Shown here one piece after another: positions 28,121 to 39,575 of a DNA stretch of 63,253 nucleotides. The notes under the pieces were generated by a model. It ran no database searches, was not told the origin of the DNA, and saw nothing but the letters and a program-made list of their open reading frames with translations. This DNA comes from Candidatus Pacearchaeota archaeon. GTDB lineage: Archaea > Nanobdellota > Nanobdellia > Pacearchaeales > GW2011-AR1. Position 1 is the first letter of the stretch. Every line of letters begins with the position of its first letter. The DNA lies in NCBI GenBank assembly GCA_041654895.1, contig JBAZCR010000005.1, forward strand, positions 1 to 63,253. The letters run 5' to 3'. The translations under genes were made by a program, and so were the position numbers.

Positions 28121-29923
28121 ATGGCAGGTAAAATTATAGGAATTGATTTAGGAACAACATTCTCAGCTGTGAGTGTGCTTGAAGGAGGAAAACCAAAAAT
28201 TATTCCAAATTCAGAGGGAAGTAATACAACTCCTAGTGTTGTTAGTGTTAATAATGGTGAAATTTTAGTTGGAGAAATAGCAAGAAGACAAGCAGTTGCA
28301 AATCCCAAAAATACAATTAGAAGTATAAAAAGATTAATGGGTAAAAAAACAAAGATAAAAATTGATGAAAAAGATTATACTCCTGAACAAATTTCAGCTA
28401 TGATATTACAAAAATTGAAAAAAGATGCTGAGAATTATTTGGGTTATGAAGTTAAAGATGTTGTAATCACAGTTCCTGCATATTTTGAAGATGCTCAAAG
28501 ACAGGCAACTAAAGATGCTGGACAAATTGCTGGATTAAATGTAAAAAGAATTGTAAATGAACCTACTGCTGCTGCTTTAGCATATGGTTTAGAAAAATCA
28601 CAATCGCATAATATTTTAGTTTTTGATTTTGGTGGTGGAACTTTTGATGTTTCAGTTTTAGAATTAGGTGATGGAATTTTTGAAGTAAAAGCTACAAGTG
28701 GAAATAATCATTTAGGCGGAGATGATATTGACGAAACAATAATAGATTATCTTTCTAAAGAATTCAAGAAATTTAATGGAATTGATTTAAGAGAAGATTT
28801 AGTTGCTTTACAAAGATTAAAAGACGCTTCTGAAAAAGCAAAAATTGAATTAAGTTCTTCACAACAAACATCAATAAATATTCCTTATGTTACTGCAGAT
28901 TCAACAGGACCAAAGCATCTGAATATTAATTTAACAAGAGCAAAATTTGAAGAAATTTGTGATCCTATTTTTGAAAAATTAAAAGGTCCTACAAAACAAG
29001 CTATTAAAGATTCTAAATTAGATAAAATTGATAAAGTTATTTTAGTTGGTGGAAGTACAAGAATCCCTAAAGTTCAAAAAATTGTTGAAGAATTAACTGG
29101 CCTAGCTCCTGATAAATCAATTCATCCAGACGAAGCTGTTTCATTAGGTGCTGCAATTCAAGGTGGTATTTTAGGAGGAGATGTAAAAGATATTTTATTA
29201 TTAGATGTTACTCCATTAACTTTAGGAATTGAAACATTAGGGGGAATTAGAACTCCATTGATAGAAAGAAATACAACAATTCCGACTAAAAAAAGTCAAA
29301 CATTCTCAACTGCTGCAGATAATCAACCTGCTGTAACAATTAATGTTTTACAAGGAGAAAGAGAAATGGCTTCTGACAATAAATCTTTAGGAAGGTTTGA
29401 TTTAGTAGGTATTCCTCCAGCTCCAAGAGGCGTTCCTCAAATTGAAGTAACTTTTGATATAGATGCAAATGGAATTGTAAATGTTTCTGCAAAAGATTTA
29501 GGCACAGGAAAAGAACAAAAAATTACAATAACAGGTGGTTCTGGATTAAGTAAAGATGAGATTGATAAAATGTTAAAAGAATCTGAAAAAAATAAAGAAG
29601 AAGATAAAAAAAGAAGAGAATCTATTGAAGTAAAAAATAATGCAGAATCTTTAATTTACTCTACTGAAAAAATGTTAAATAAAAATAAAGAAAAAGTAGA
29701 CAAAGAAACAAAAGAAAAAATAGAAAAAGAAATAAATGAGTTAAAAGAATTATTAAAAAATGATGATATTGAAAAAATAAAATCAAAGTTAGAAGAGATT
29801 CAAAAGATATCTCAAGAAATAGGAACAAAAATGTATCAACAAGCTTCTCAAGAAGAAGAAAAAGATGAAACAAAAGAAAAAAAAGATGATGTAGAAGATG
29901 CTCAAGTAGTTGATGATGAATAA
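28121..29923 (+). CDS. dnaK: Chaperone DnaK (Hsp70)
   Basis: [22 protein letters not shown] and [14 protein letters not shown] are canonical Hsp70 signatures. Confidence 0.97.
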   Translation: MAGKIIGIDLGTTFSAVSVLEGGKPKIIPNSEGSNTTPSVVSVNNGEILVGEIARRQAVANPKNTIRSIKRLMGKKTKIKIDEKDYTPEQISAMILQKLKKDAENYLGYEVKDVVITVPAYFEDAQRQATKDAGQIAGLNVKRIVNEPTAAALAYGLEKSQSHNILVFDFGGGTFDVSVLELGDGIFEVKATSGNNHLGGDDIDETIIDYLSKEFKKFNGIDLREDLVALQRLKDASEKAKIELSSSQQTSINIPYVTADSTGPKHLNINLTRAKFEEICDPIFEKLKGPTKQAIKDSKLDKIDKVILVGGSTRIPKVQKIVEELTGLAPDKSIHPDEAVSLGAAIQGGILGGDVKDILLLDVTPLTLGIETLGGIRTPLIERNTTIPTKKSQTFSTAADNQPAVTINVLQGEREMASDNKSLGRFDLVGIPPAPRGVPQIEVTFDIDANGIVNVSAKDLGTGKEQKITITGGSGLSKDEIDKMLKESEKNKEEDKKRRESIEVKNNAESLIYSTEKMLNKNKEKVDKETKEKIEKEINELKELLKNDDIEKIKSKLEEIQKISQEIGTKMYQQASQEEEKDETKEKKDDVEDAQVVDDE

Positions 29924-29969
29924 TTCTTTTTCAATAAAATTTAAATAAGAAAGAAAAATAAAACTAATT

Positions 29970-31043
29970 ATGGAGAAAAAAGATTATTATGAAATTCTTG
30001 GAGTAAAAAAAAGTGATGATAAGGAAACAATAAAAAAGGCATATAAAAAGTTAGCATTAAAATATCATCCTGATAGAGCGCCTGAAGATAAAAAACAAGA
30101 ATATGAACAAAAGTTTAAAGAAATAAGTGAAGCATATGCTGTTTTGAGTGATGAATCTAAAAAAAGTCAATATGATACTTTTGGTCATAGTGGTTTTGAT
30201 AGACAATATAGTCAAGAGGATATATTTAGAGGTGCAGACTTCTCAAGTATTTTTGAAGAATTATTTGGAGGAAGTTTTTTTAATAGTTTTAGAGAGAGAG
30301 ATTTTTATGAAAGAGAAGAAGTTGCAGAAGATTTAAGGTATAGATTAACCATTGAATTTGAAGAAGCAATATTTGGAACTGAAAAAGAAATAGAAATTAA
30401 AAGAAATGTCTTATGTAATAGTTGTGAAGGAACAGGTGCAAAAAATAAAGAGTTTGTAAAGTGTGATAAATGTTCTGGCAAAGGTAGAATAAATATAGAA
30501 CAAAGAACTCCTTTTGGTATAATTAGACAAACAAGAACTTGCCCTTCTTGTTCTGGTGCTGGAAAAATTCCAAAGCAAATTTGTCCATCTTGTTCTGGTA
30601 AAGGAATTTTAAATAAAAAAGAAAGAATAAAAGTAAAAATTCCTGCTGGTATTGATAATAATCAAACACTAAGAGTCCAAAATTCAGGTAATGAAATTTA
30701 TAGAGGACAAAAAGGAGACTTATTATTATTTATTAGTGTGAAACCTCATAAATTTTTCCAAAGAAATGGAGACGATATTTCTCTTGATTTTGAAATTAGT
30801 TTTTCTCAAGCTGCCTTAGGTTCAACTGTTTTAGTTCCTACATTATATGGAAAAACAAAAATAAAAATTCCTGCAGGTATTCAATCAAATACTATTTTAA
30901 GATTAAAAGGAAAAGGTGTAAAAAATATTTTGTATTATAAAACAGGAGATCAATTTATTAATATAAAAGTTAAGACTCCTAAAAACTTATCAAAAGAACA
31001 AAAACAATTATTTAAAGAATTAGATAAATTAACAAAAGATTAA
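29970..31043 (+). CDS. dnaJ: Co-chaperone DnaJ (type I)
   Basis: J domain with KYHPDR, a G/F region, and four CxxCxG zinc-finger repeats. Confidence 0.95.
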   Translation: MEKKDYYEILGVKKSDDKETIKKAYKKLALKYHPDRAPEDKKQEYEQKFKEISEAYAVLSDESKKSQYDTFGHSGFDRQYSQEDIFRGADFSSIFEELFGGSFFNSFRERDFYEREEVAEDLRYRLTIEFEEAIFGTEKEIEIKRNVLCNSCEGTGAKNKEFVKCDKCSGKGRINIEQRTPFGIIRQTRTCPSCSGAGKIPKQICPSCSGKGILNKKERIKVKIPAGIDNNQTLRVQNSGNEIYRGQKGDLLLFISVKPHKFFQRNGDDISLDFEISFSQAALGSTVLVPTLYGKTKIKIPAGIQSNTILRLKGKGVKNILYYKTGDQFINIKVKTPKNLSKEQKQLFKELDKLTKD

Positions 31044-31327
31044 TCCTTTCTTAAATAAAAACTATTTTCTATTGGTCCACTATATAATTTTGGAGTAAAT
31101 TCAAAAGGGTTTAGTATTCTCCCGTCTTTTTGAATTGTTTCATAAAATGAATTGTGTGCTATTATTCTCATCTCTTTTCTTTTTTCACTATCAAACATAT
31201 CTGCAATGCTTGTTTTCTTAAAAGAAGAAGGATTAAAGTATAAAAAAGAATTCTCGCTTTCTTTAAAACAAATTAATTCTCTTAAATCTTTTTTAGTTAA
31301 ATAATTTTTTATATTAATATATTTCAT
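31040..31327 (-). CDS. Hypothetical protein, last gene of the cdc48 operon
   Basis: 95 aa. Its start overlaps the cdc48 stop by 1 nt. Confidence 0.5.
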   Translation of the reverse strand: MKYINIKNYLTKKDLRELICFKESENSFLYFNPSSFKKTSIADMFDSEKRKEMRIIAHNSFYETIQKDGRILNPFEFTPKLYSGPIENSFYLRKD

Positions 31328-33636
31328 TATGATAAATAGCTCTTTTGAAAGTCATAATCTAATGCTGACCTTGCACTTTTTAGATATCTTTTTTCAATTT
31401 GTTTATACCTTTCTTGATCTTCTTTTGTTACACTTGGAAGAACTCTCTCCATTGCTTTGTCAAAATCTTTTTTTGTAACTTCTTTTGTTTCTATATCATT
31501 TCTCAATGCAATCATACCTGCTTCTCTACATAAATTTTCCAAGTCTGCACCAGTATATCCTTCTGTTTTATTTGATAAGTCTTCTATAATTTTTTCTTTG
31601 CTTTTAATAGGCATATTTTTTGTATGTATTTTTAGTATTTCTAATCTTTCTTCTTTTTTAGGTACAGGAACATAGACAATTCTATCAAACCTTCCAGGTC
31701 TCATTAGTGCGTGATCCAACATATCAGGTCTATTTGTTGCGCCAAGAACAATAACATTATTTAAATCTTCAATACCATCCATTTCAGCTAATAGTTGGTT
31801 TAAAACATTCTCTGTTACTTTTGTTGAACTGCCAATCATTCCCCTTTTTCCAGCAAGTGCATCTATTTCATCAAAGAAAATAACACAAGGAGAAACTTGT
31901 CTTGCCCTCTCAAATATTTTTCTAACTCCTTCCTCACTCTTTCCTACCCACATACTTAATAAAGAAGGTCCTTTAACCTGAATAAAATTTGCTTCACTTT
32001 CATTTGCAACAGCTTTAGCAAGTAATGTTTTACCTGTTCCTGGAGGCCCGTACAATAAAATTCCTTTTGGAGGTCTAATTCCTAATCTCTTAAAATTCTG
32101 AGGAAATTTCAAAGGCCACTCAACTGCTTCTTTTAATTCTTGTTTAACTTCTTTAATTCCTCCAATATCATTCCAATTAATATCTGGCGTTTCTACTAAA
32201 ACTTCTCTCATAGCTGAGGGCCTTACAACTTTTAATGCTTCATCAAAATCTTTTTTTGTAATAATTAATTCATCTAATACTTCTTTTGGAATTTCTTTAT
32301 CTTCCTCTAAATTAAATTTATGAACATTTCTCCTTAAGACACTCATTGCAGCTTCCTTACTTAGACTTTCTAAATCAGCTCCTACAAAACCATGAGTTTT
32401 ATTTGCAAGTTCTTCTAAATTAATACCTCTTGTTAGGGGCATGTTTCTTGTATGTATTTTTAAAATTTGAACTCTTCCCTCTTTTCCTGGAACAGATAAT
32501 TCAACTTCTCTATCAAATCTTCCAGGCCTTCTAAGTGCAGGATCAATTGCATTTGGTCTATTTGTTGCACCAATTACAATTACTTTACCTCTTGATTGCA
32601 ATCCATCCATCATTGTTAATAATTGTGAAACAACTCTTTTTTCAACATCTCCATTTCCTTCTTCTCTTTTTGGAGCAATTGCATCTATTTCGTCTATAAA
32701 AATAATAGAAGGAGAATTTTTTTGAGCTTCATCAAAGATTTCTCTAATTTTTTTTTCACTTTCACCATAAAATTTACTCATGATTTCTGGACCATTAATT
32801 ACCACAAAGTTTGCCTCACTTTCATTTGCAACAGCTCTTGCAAGTAATGTTTTACCTGTTCCTGGAGGCCCATATAATAAAACACCTTTTGGAGGTTCAA
32901 TTCCTAATCTAGAAAATATTTCAGGTCTCTTTAAAGGTAATTCTACCATTTCCCTAACTTTTTTAACTTCTTCTTTTAATCCTCCAATGTCCTCATAAGT
33001 AATAGAAGGAATTTTTTCTTCTTCAATATCAATCAACTTATTGCTTAATGTAATAGAAGTATTCTCGCTGATTATACAAGGAACAGAAGGATTTGTTGAA
33101 ACAACAATAAAACGAATTTGAGAAATTCCAATAGGCATTCCAATACCCATTTGATTAAAAATATCACTAAAAAAATCTTGAAATTCTTCTCCCATTAAAT
33201 CTCTTCTTTTTCCTAAGTTTCCTAAAACAAAAATATCACCTTTAGTAAAAGGCTTACCCAATAAACTTGTCTTAATTGCTTCAGGGTCGCCTTTTATGCT
33301 AATTCCTTGCTGTAAAGGTGCAATTACTATTTTTTTAGCTTCAGAAATATTATTTACTTTTTTGATTTCAACACTTTCTCCAATTCCAGATTTAATGTTT
33401 TTTCTAGTAATACCGTCGATTCTAATAATATTTTCTCCACTGTCTGCTGGATAACCATAATCTACAATGCAAAAACTCTCTCTTTCTCCCTTAATAGAAA
33501 TAATATCTCCTCTATCTAAGTTTAACTTTCTCATAATTGGAGGGTCAACCCTAGCAATACCTTTGTATGCATCATCTTGTAATGCTTCTACAATTCTTAA
33601 TTTCTCAATTTTATTATTTTCATCTGTTTTTGCCAT
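31327..33636 (-). CDS. cdc48: AAA+ ATPase Cdc48/VCP family (two AAA domains)
   Basis: 769 aa. N-domain followed by two copies of [11 protein letters not shown](R/K)AVANE with their Walker B and SRH regions. Confidence 0.95.
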   Translation of the reverse strand: MAKTDENNKIEKLRIVEALQDDAYKGIARVDPPIMRKLNLDRGDIISIKGERESFCIVDYGYPADSGENIIRIDGITRKNIKSGIGESVEIKKVNNISEAKKIVIAPLQQGISIKGDPEAIKTSLLGKPFTKGDIFVLGNLGKRRDLMGEEFQDFFSDIFNQMGIGMPIGISQIRFIVVSTNPSVPCIISENTSITLSNKLIDIEEEKIPSITYEDIGGLKEEVKKVREMVELPLKRPEIFSRLGIEPPKGVLLYGPPGTGKTLLARAVANESEANFVVINGPEIMSKFYGESEKKIREIFDEAQKNSPSIIFIDEIDAIAPKREEGNGDVEKRVVSQLLTMMDGLQSRGKVIVIGATNRPNAIDPALRRPGRFDREVELSVPGKEGRVQILKIHTRNMPLTRGINLEELANKTHGFVGADLESLSKEAAMSVLRRNVHKFNLEEDKEIPKEVLDELIITKKDFDEALKVVRPSAMREVLVETPDINWNDIGGIKEVKQELKEAVEWPLKFPQNFKRLGIRPPKGILLYGPPGTGKTLLAKAVANESEANFIQVKGPSLLSMWVGKSEEGVRKIFERARQVSPCVIFFDEIDALAGKRGMIGSSTKVTENVLNQLLAEMDGIEDLNNVIVLGATNRPDMLDHALMRPGRFDRIVYVPVPKKEERLEILKIHTKNMPIKSKEKIIEDLSNKTEGYTGADLENLCREAGMIALRNDIETKEVTKKDFDKAMERVLPSVTKEDQERYKQIEKRYLKSARSALDYDFQKSYLS

Positions 33637-33637
33637 C

Positions 33638-33970
33638 TTAAAATCTTAAAGATATTCTCCCAATATCTTCTAAACATAAATTTACTAAATTATTTAATTC
33701 TTTTTCTTGTTCATTTAAAAAATTAATAATTTCTCTTGGAATACTTACAGTATAGCTATTCCCAACAAATCTTAATTTAACCTGATATTGTTTTTGCTTT
33801 AAATTTAAAAATGTTTCATATTCTTTTAAATCTTCTGGATGAGTTATCTTATTTGAACAAGAAGGACATCTTAATTCTCTTATTTTAAATCCCTCCTTTA
33901 TCAAAATAACTGGTTGCATTTTTTTATCACAATTCTTACATAAGATAGTATTATCAAATAAATCTTCCAT
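33638..33970 (-). CDS. Zinc-ribbon protein with a possible AbrB/SpoVT-like C-terminal half
   Basis: 110 aa. CKNC...CPSC ribbon, then KLRFVGNSYTVSIPREI. It ends 1 nt before the cdc48 start. Confidence 0.5.
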   Translation of the reverse strand: MEDLFDNTILCKNCDKKMQPVILIKEGFKIRELRCPSCSNKITHPEDLKEYETFLNLKQKQYQVKLRFVGNSYTVSIPREIINFLNEQEKELNNLVNLCLEDIGRISLRF

Positions 33971-34015
33971 GTATATACAGAGAAATGTATACTTTTTAAA
34001 TTTTTAGTTTATTAA

Positions 34016-36061
34016 TCACATCTTTTGAATATACCCTCGTTTGGGTCTAAATAAATCCCCTGATTTTAAGAGTTTATCAATAACTTCTTCCATTTCAGTT
34101 TGACTCATTTTACCATCTAATTCTTTTTCAAGTTCTTCTAATGGGATTAACTTTCCAAGTCTTTTTTCTAATTCAGAAACAGTTTCTCTTACAATTACAA
34201 TTTTATTTCTTTGAGAAGCTGTATTCCCACTAATTTTATCAATGTCAATTCTTTTTGTTTCCTCATCATAACCCACTTCTAATAAATAACTTCTCATAAC
34301 ATCAATTGCAACTTTTGCATCTTCAATTTTCACTTCTTTATGTAATTTTATTCTCGCATGAGCTTCAGCTAATCTAACTAAAGCCTCTAATTGCCTTGCA
34401 CCTATTGGAATAGCTTTAACAGCACTCTCGTCGTCATATGCTTGACTTCTTAAACTAACATAAAAATTTTTCATTTCTTCTATTGCTTCATCAGTTAATA
34501 CAGGGTTATACTTTGTTTTAGAATAAGAAATATATTTTCTAAGTATATCTTTATCAATCATAGAAGGTTTATGCTCTTGTTGATGTTCTTTTAATACATG
34601 TAATGCAATAGATTCATCTCTATCTTTTTTTGGAATATCTCTCATAATAAAAATAGCATCAAACCTTGATAATAATGAAGGAGCCAAGTTTACTTGTTTT
34701 GGTATTGGTTCTGTTAGACTAAATCTACCAAATTTAGGGTTTGCAGCAGCTAAAACAGATGTTTGAGAACGTAGTGTAGCTTGAACTGTTGCTTTAGATA
34801 TTGTTACTGTTTGTTGCTCCATAGCTTCATGCATAGCACTTCTATCTTCTTCATTCATTTTGTCAAATTCATCAATACAAACAACACCTTTATTTGCTAA
34901 AACCATTGCACCAGCTTCTAAACTCCATCCTTTTAGTATTTCATCTTTTACTACAGTAGCAGTAATACCAGCACCAGTAGCAGATTTACCTGAAATATAC
35001 CTTGCCTTTGGAGCAATTTTTGAAATAAAAGAAAGCATAACTGATTTTGCAACACCAGGATCACCAACTAATAATACATGAATATCTCCTCTCATTTTTG
35101 TTCCATCACTTCTAACTTTTTTTACCCCACCAAATAATTGTAAGGCAAGGGCTTTTTTCACATTTTCATGACCCCAAATTGAAGGAGCAATACTATCAAC
35201 CATTCTCTCAACAATATTAGGATCTGCTGCTAACTCCTTTATTTCCCTTTCATTCTCTTCACTAATTTTAATGTCTTCAAAACTTTCTTCTAATGGAATA
35301 ATATTATTTGCTTCAATTGCTAAATCAAATCTTGTAAGTAAAGCCCCACTAGATGAAGTTAAAGCAATTTCTTTTAAAATTCCAATTATCTTAACACGAC
35401 TTCCCGGAGTTGTTCTCATCTCCATTCTTGGATCAACTAAATCTTCTTTTAGATAAATTGTCATTCTCTTAGGTTGTTCTCCTCCACTTAAATTATCACT
35501 TGCTTCTTCAATTGTTAAAACTTGAGCATCAACCATTTCTTTATCTAATAATTTAAATCCTCCTCTTCTACCACAACTACATCTACTCGGTTCTTTGAAT
35601 TTTTTATCAAATTGTAAAACTGAAATAATTGTTCCACAACTTGGACATTCAAAACGTGCATTTGTAACTAAAGGTCTAACTTCACTTGCTTGTCTTACAA
35701 TACCCTCAATACCAATTAGTTTCCCTAAATTTATTGCTCTTATATTTCTAATAAACATTTCTTGCAATGGAGAAATAGAAGTAAATCTCACTCTTGCCTT
35801 TTTAGGAGCCCACTCTAGCTCTTCTAAAGCAATTTCTAAAACCTGAATAGTTTCTTCAGGTCTTTCTAATAAATATTCAGATAATCTTGGAGAAAATTCA
35901 CTAAATTCTTGAAAATTAATTTTAACTATTTTCTCACTTGACTTTGCAACATCACCAATTTCTTTTCTATTTATTTCAAAAAAGCTTTTAGCTTCCATTA
36001 AAAATTCTTCTTGATTAAATTGTCCTAAAAAGTCATTATTCGCATTTAATCCTTTATCCAT
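34016..36061 (-). CDS. mcm: Replicative helicase MCM
   Basis: 681 aa. Zinc motif CPSC...CSC, Walker A GDPGVAKS, Walker B CIDEFDKM, arginine finger SRFD. Confidence 0.95.
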   Translation of the reverse strand: MDKGLNANNDFLGQFNQEEFLMEAKSFFEINRKEIGDVAKSSEKIVKINFQEFSEFSPRLSEYLLERPEETIQVLEIALEELEWAPKKARVRFTSISPLQEMFIRNIRAINLGKLIGIEGIVRQASEVRPLVTNARFECPSCGTIISVLQFDKKFKEPSRCSCGRRGGFKLLDKEMVDAQVLTIEEASDNLSGGEQPKRMTIYLKEDLVDPRMEMRTTPGSRVKIIGILKEIALTSSSGALLTRFDLAIEANNIIPLEESFEDIKISEENEREIKELAADPNIVERMVDSIAPSIWGHENVKKALALQLFGGVKKVRSDGTKMRGDIHVLLVGDPGVAKSVMLSFISKIAPKARYISGKSATGAGITATVVKDEILKGWSLEAGAMVLANKGVVCIDEFDKMNEEDRSAMHEAMEQQTVTISKATVQATLRSQTSVLAAANPKFGRFSLTEPIPKQVNLAPSLLSRFDAIFIMRDIPKKDRDESIALHVLKEHQQEHKPSMIDKDILRKYISYSKTKYNPVLTDEAIEEMKNFYVSLRSQAYDDESAVKAIPIGARQLEALVRLAEAHARIKLHKEVKIEDAKVAIDVMRSYLLEVGYDEETKRIDIDKISGNTASQRNKIVIVRETVSELEKRLGKLIPLEELEKELDGKMSQTEMEEVIDKLLKSGDLFRPKRGYIQKM

Positions 36062-36119
36062 AAATATCTTAAACGAAATTCTTTTTTATAGATTGTTGTT
36101 TTATAAAATGTTTAAACCA

Positions 36120-36989
36120 TTAATTATATACGAAAAGAGGTTTTGCTATAATATTATTTTGTGTAAATTTTTTTGCAATTTCTATAAAATTTTCTCTTTC
36201 AAATATTGCAAATTCTTCTCCCCCATCTAATTCTTCAATCTGTTTTGAGTCAATGATATGATTCTTTAATAAAGGTTTTCCAGTCAATAAACTTTTTACA
36301 ACCTCTTTTTTAACATAGATTATCTTGAACCTTTTCCTAATTATTTCTATTGCAGGTATAATCATTTCTTTTAGTGCTTCACTTTTCCCATTTTTATATT
36401 CTAAAATTGCTTTGTCAAATTCATATAAAGTATACATCTTATTTTCACTAAAATATCCTGCCTTTGTCCTTCTTAATTCACTCATATGAGCTCCACCAAT
36501 AAATTCTCCTAAATCACTACATAATTTTCTAACATAAGTTCCGCCCTGAACCTTACAATAAAATAAAAAATCTTTCTTATTTTCTTTAGCTTCTAATAAT
36601 TCCCAATCAAAAACTTCCCTAACTCTTTCTTCTCTTTTAACAGCACTTTTATGAGGGGGAGTTTGTTTTATTTTCCCTAAAAAATTAATATTAATAATTT
36701 CTTGCAGTTTTTTTATATCTTGTTCTTTATGAGTATGAAGTATACCAACATATTCTTTATCACTTCCAATTAAAAATCCTGTTAATTTACATGCTCTTCC
36801 CAAGGCTATTGGTAATACTCCTCCAACTTTAGGGTCAAGAGTTCCCAAATGAGAAGTTTTATTTAAGCTAAATTCTTTTTTAACATAATTACTAACACTA
36901 AAGCTTGTTGGTCCAACTGGTTTATCTATATTAATAATTCCAAAATTAATTAATTTTTTTATATCTTCCATTTTATTAAAATCAACCAA
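36120..36989 (-). CDS. cbf5: H/ACA RNP pseudouridine synthase Cbf5 (TruB family with PUA domain)
   Basis: INIDKPVGPTS and HLGTLDPKVGGVLPIALG (catalytic Asp), followed by a C-terminal PUA-like region. Confidence 0.9.
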   Translation of the reverse strand: MVDFNKMEDIKKLINFGIINIDKPVGPTSFSVSNYVKKEFSLNKTSHLGTLDPKVGGVLPIALGRACKLTGFLIGSDKEYVGILHTHKEQDIKKLQEIININFLGKIKQTPPHKSAVKREERVREVFDWELLEAKENKKDFLFYCKVQGGTYVRKLCSDLGEFIGGAHMSELRRTKAGYFSENKMYTLYEFDKAILEYKNGKSEALKEMIIPAIEIIRKRFKIIYVKKEVVKSLLTGKPLLKNHIIDSKQIEELDGGEEFAIFERENFIEIAKKFTQNNIIAKPLFVYN

Positions 36990-37048
36990 ACCCTTATAAG
37001 ATTAATTATTTTGTAAAGATTTATTAATATTCGTTTTTTTAAATAAAT

Positions 37049-37951
37049 ATGAATAAAAGAGGTATTGGTTTTTCTGTAATTAGTTCATTAATCTTAGGTG
37101 TTCTTTTATTAGTTATAGTTTTTATTTGGATAAATGAAACAGGTCAAGATTCTGAATGGGATGTTTGTAGAAATAGTATTATTATTAGAAATACAATACC
37201 TGAAGTAAGTTTATCTGAAGATATGACTATTACAAGTTTTAAAAATTCCTACCCTTTAAGTTGCAAAACCCAAGTAATAACTATTGATTATAAAGACTCT
37301 CAAAAAGCTAAAAAAGAAATAATGGATGCTATGGCTTCTTGTTGGTATTTAATAAACAGAGGAGAAGCGACAATTTTCCCTCCAAGATTTTTGTTTTCAC
37401 AAACTACTTGTTTTACTTGTGCAAGAGTTCATTTTACTCCTGATGTAAGAGAGTATTATAGTTCTAAAGAAAACAAAATTAATATTCCAAAAGCATTAGC
37501 AACTACTGAAATTCAACCTCAAATAAGTTATATGGCATATCTAACAAACGATGGAAATAATCCATTTCTAAAAGAATTAATTTATAATTCTGTAGATGAA
37601 CCAGATCCTAATTGGGAATATGGGTTACAAGTTTCAAATAGCCGTTTTAAAGTCAGTCAAGAAAAGCCTACTAAAGAAACTTTTTGGGATTGGCTGAATC
37701 CTTTTTATAATTATCAAGATAGGTTAGAAGGAACAATTATTCTACCCCAAGAAATTGACCCAAATCAAGGATTTTATATTACAATCAGTTCTTGGGCAAT
37801 TAACGCTGAAACTGTTTTCAACCATTTATTATTTTATCACTATGAGGATATTGCTCAATTATCTGTTCCTATATTCTTACCTAAAGAAGAAGATGGTAAA
37901 ACTAAAACTAAGTATAGTGTTTGTGATAATTGGGATGGAATCCCTGCATAA
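37049..37951 (+). CDS. Membrane-anchored hypothetical protein
   Basis: 300 aa. MNKRGIGFSVISSLILGVLLLVIVF resembles the MNKRGF head of the 15623 protein. The ectodomain is Cys-containing. Confidence 0.55.
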   Translation: MNKRGIGFSVISSLILGVLLLVIVFIWINETGQDSEWDVCRNSIIIRNTIPEVSLSEDMTITSFKNSYPLSCKTQVITIDYKDSQKAKKEIMDAMASCWYLINRGEATIFPPRFLFSQTTCFTCARVHFTPDVREYYSSKENKINIPKALATTEIQPQISYMAYLTNDGNNPFLKELIYNSVDEPDPNWEYGLQVSNSRFKVSQEKPTKETFWDWLNPFYNYQDRLEGTIILPQEIDPNQGFYITISSWAINAETVFNHLLFYHYEDIAQLSVPIFLPKEEDGKTKTKYSVCDNWDGIPA

Positions 37952-37986
37952 AATAAAAAAAGGAATAAAAAAATAAATTCCTTAAA

Positions 37987-39183
37987 TTAATAATAACTAG
38001 TTTCTACTTCTTCAACAGCTTTATCTTTTTTTGTCATTAAAACTACTAATACTACTAAAAGTATTACAAAAATTACTGCTAAGATTACTGTTAAAGTAAC
38101 CATAGGTGTTTGTGTAACTCCTTTTGTCTTAACAACATTTGCAACAAAATTAACAGGTTGATTGTTAACTTCTACTGAAAAAGTGTATGTTCCTAAATTT
38201 GCATCTTTTAGTGCTGTAACACTTACAGGAACAACTTCATATGAATTTGCACCAACAGTAACTACTGATGGAACAGATACATCTAAAAATCTTCCTGAAA
38301 CACTTTTCAAATTAAACATTCTAACTTCATCAGCATTGTTTACAACAATTAACTCATAAGTTGCCTTTTCACCAACAACTAAATCTAAATCTTTTATTGT
38401 TGGAGATACCATTGTTGCACTAGATTCTTTAACTGTTAAAAGTTTTGTAACAATTGTTTCAGCGTCTGAATTATAAACTCTTATTAAAGTTTCATAAGTT
38501 CCTAATTTAGCACTCTCTGGAATTTTTAAGTAAACAACAGTACTATAACTATCTTCTTTTTCACTTGTTGATACTTCTTTTTCTAATAAGTCTCCTACAT
38601 ATGCTCTTGTATAAATGCCTAACTCAGGAACAGATGCCATTACATAAACATCATCTAATCTATTGAATCCAACATTTTTTAGAACAACATTAATAGGAAA
38701 GACTTCTCCAGCAGAAACTTGTGTGTTAAAGTCAGCACTTAATACACTTAATTCATAAGAATTTCTTTGCATAGTTAATGAATAACTCTCTTCAGTTTTA
38801 TCAGTTGAATCAATAATTTTTACATATAGTGTAAAATCTTGATGTAACTCTTTTAATGAAGAAGGTAATTCAACTGTTAAGACTTTTTTATATGTTTTTC
38901 CAGCTAAGATATCAAATCTTTGTGTTGAAACTTCAATATCTTTTTTTAAACCAGAAATTGTTAAAACTACCTTAACATCCCCTGCATCTTTTGCTGCTAC
39001 AAATTCTACTTCTACAGGTACTCTAATTGAAGATAATTCTCCAACCATTTCTGTACCAGTACTCAGACTAACTCCATCAAATGTTGTTGAAACAGATGAA
39101 GCTAAATTTGCTGCAGAAACAAAACTTACTAACATTAAAGTTAGAACTGCGAAGAATGGAACTAAAAGTTTGTAACTTTTCAT
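37987..39183 (-). CDS. Cell-surface protein (S-layer candidate) with signal peptide and C-terminal TM anchor
   Basis: 398 aa. Signal peptide LMLVSFVSAA, Val/Thr/Ser-rich beta-type repeats, and C-terminal anchor VILAVIFVILLVVLVVLMTKKDK. Its composition is visibly less AT-rich than its neighbours. Confidence 0.6.
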   Translation of the reverse strand: MKSYKLLVPFFAVLTLMLVSFVSAANLASSVSTTFDGVSLSTGTEMVGELSSIRVPVEVEFVAAKDAGDVKVVLTISGLKKDIEVSTQRFDILAGKTYKKVLTVELPSSLKELHQDFTLYVKIIDSTDKTEESYSLTMQRNSYELSVLSADFNTQVSAGEVFPINVVLKNVGFNRLDDVYVMASVPELGIYTRAYVGDLLEKEVSTSEKEDSYSTVVYLKIPESAKLGTYETLIRVYNSDAETIVTKLLTVKESSATMVSPTIKDLDLVVGEKATYELIVVNNADEVRMFNLKSVSGRFLDVSVPSVVTVGANSYEVVPVSVTALKDANLGTYTFSVEVNNQPVNFVANVVKTKGVTQTPMVTLTVILAVIFVILLVVLVVLMTKKDKAVEEVETSYY

Positions 39184-39282
39184 TGTTTTACCATTTTAAA
39201 TTTAGTTAATAATATAATCAGAAAAGAGTTTATAAATATTGTTATCTTGTTGTAATTAACGAATGACAAAAAAACTTAAAAA

Positions 39283-39307
39283 GTATACTTTCGTATACCT
39301 TGTATCA
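39283..39307. promoter_or_regulatory. GTATAC-type repeats upstream of the RHH gene (candidate operator)
   Basis: GTATAC at 39283-39288, GTATAC at 39293-39298 and GTATCA at 39302-39307, spaced about one helical turn apart and 23-47 nt before the ATG at 39330. Confidence 0.3.
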
Positions 39308-39329
39308 TTAAAATGGAGGAATAACAAAA

Positions 39330-39575
39330 ATGGAGATTACAACAATAAAATTAAAAAAAGAAACTAAAGAAAGACTAGGAAAATTAAAGGAAAGTAGGAG
39401 AGAAAGTTATGACGATATTATTAGAAAAATCTTATATGTTTTGAATACAACAAGAGATAATCCTAATAAAGCAAAACTAATTTTAGAGAGAATAGATGAA
39501 TTAAGAAAAAGAATGTTTGATGAAGAAAAAGAAGAAAGAAAAGAACAAAAGAAAAAATCTAAAACTTCTCCTTAA
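39330..39575 (+). CDS. Ribbon-helix-helix (CopG/Arc-like) protein with a Lys/Glu-rich tail
   Basis: 81 aa. TTIKLKKETKERLGKLK...ESYDDIIRKIL fits a beta-strand/helix/helix RHH pattern. Confidence 0.5.
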   Translation: MEITTIKLKKETKERLGKLKESRRESYDDIIRKILYVLNTTRDNPNKAKLILERIDELRKRMFDEEKEERKEQKKKSKTSP

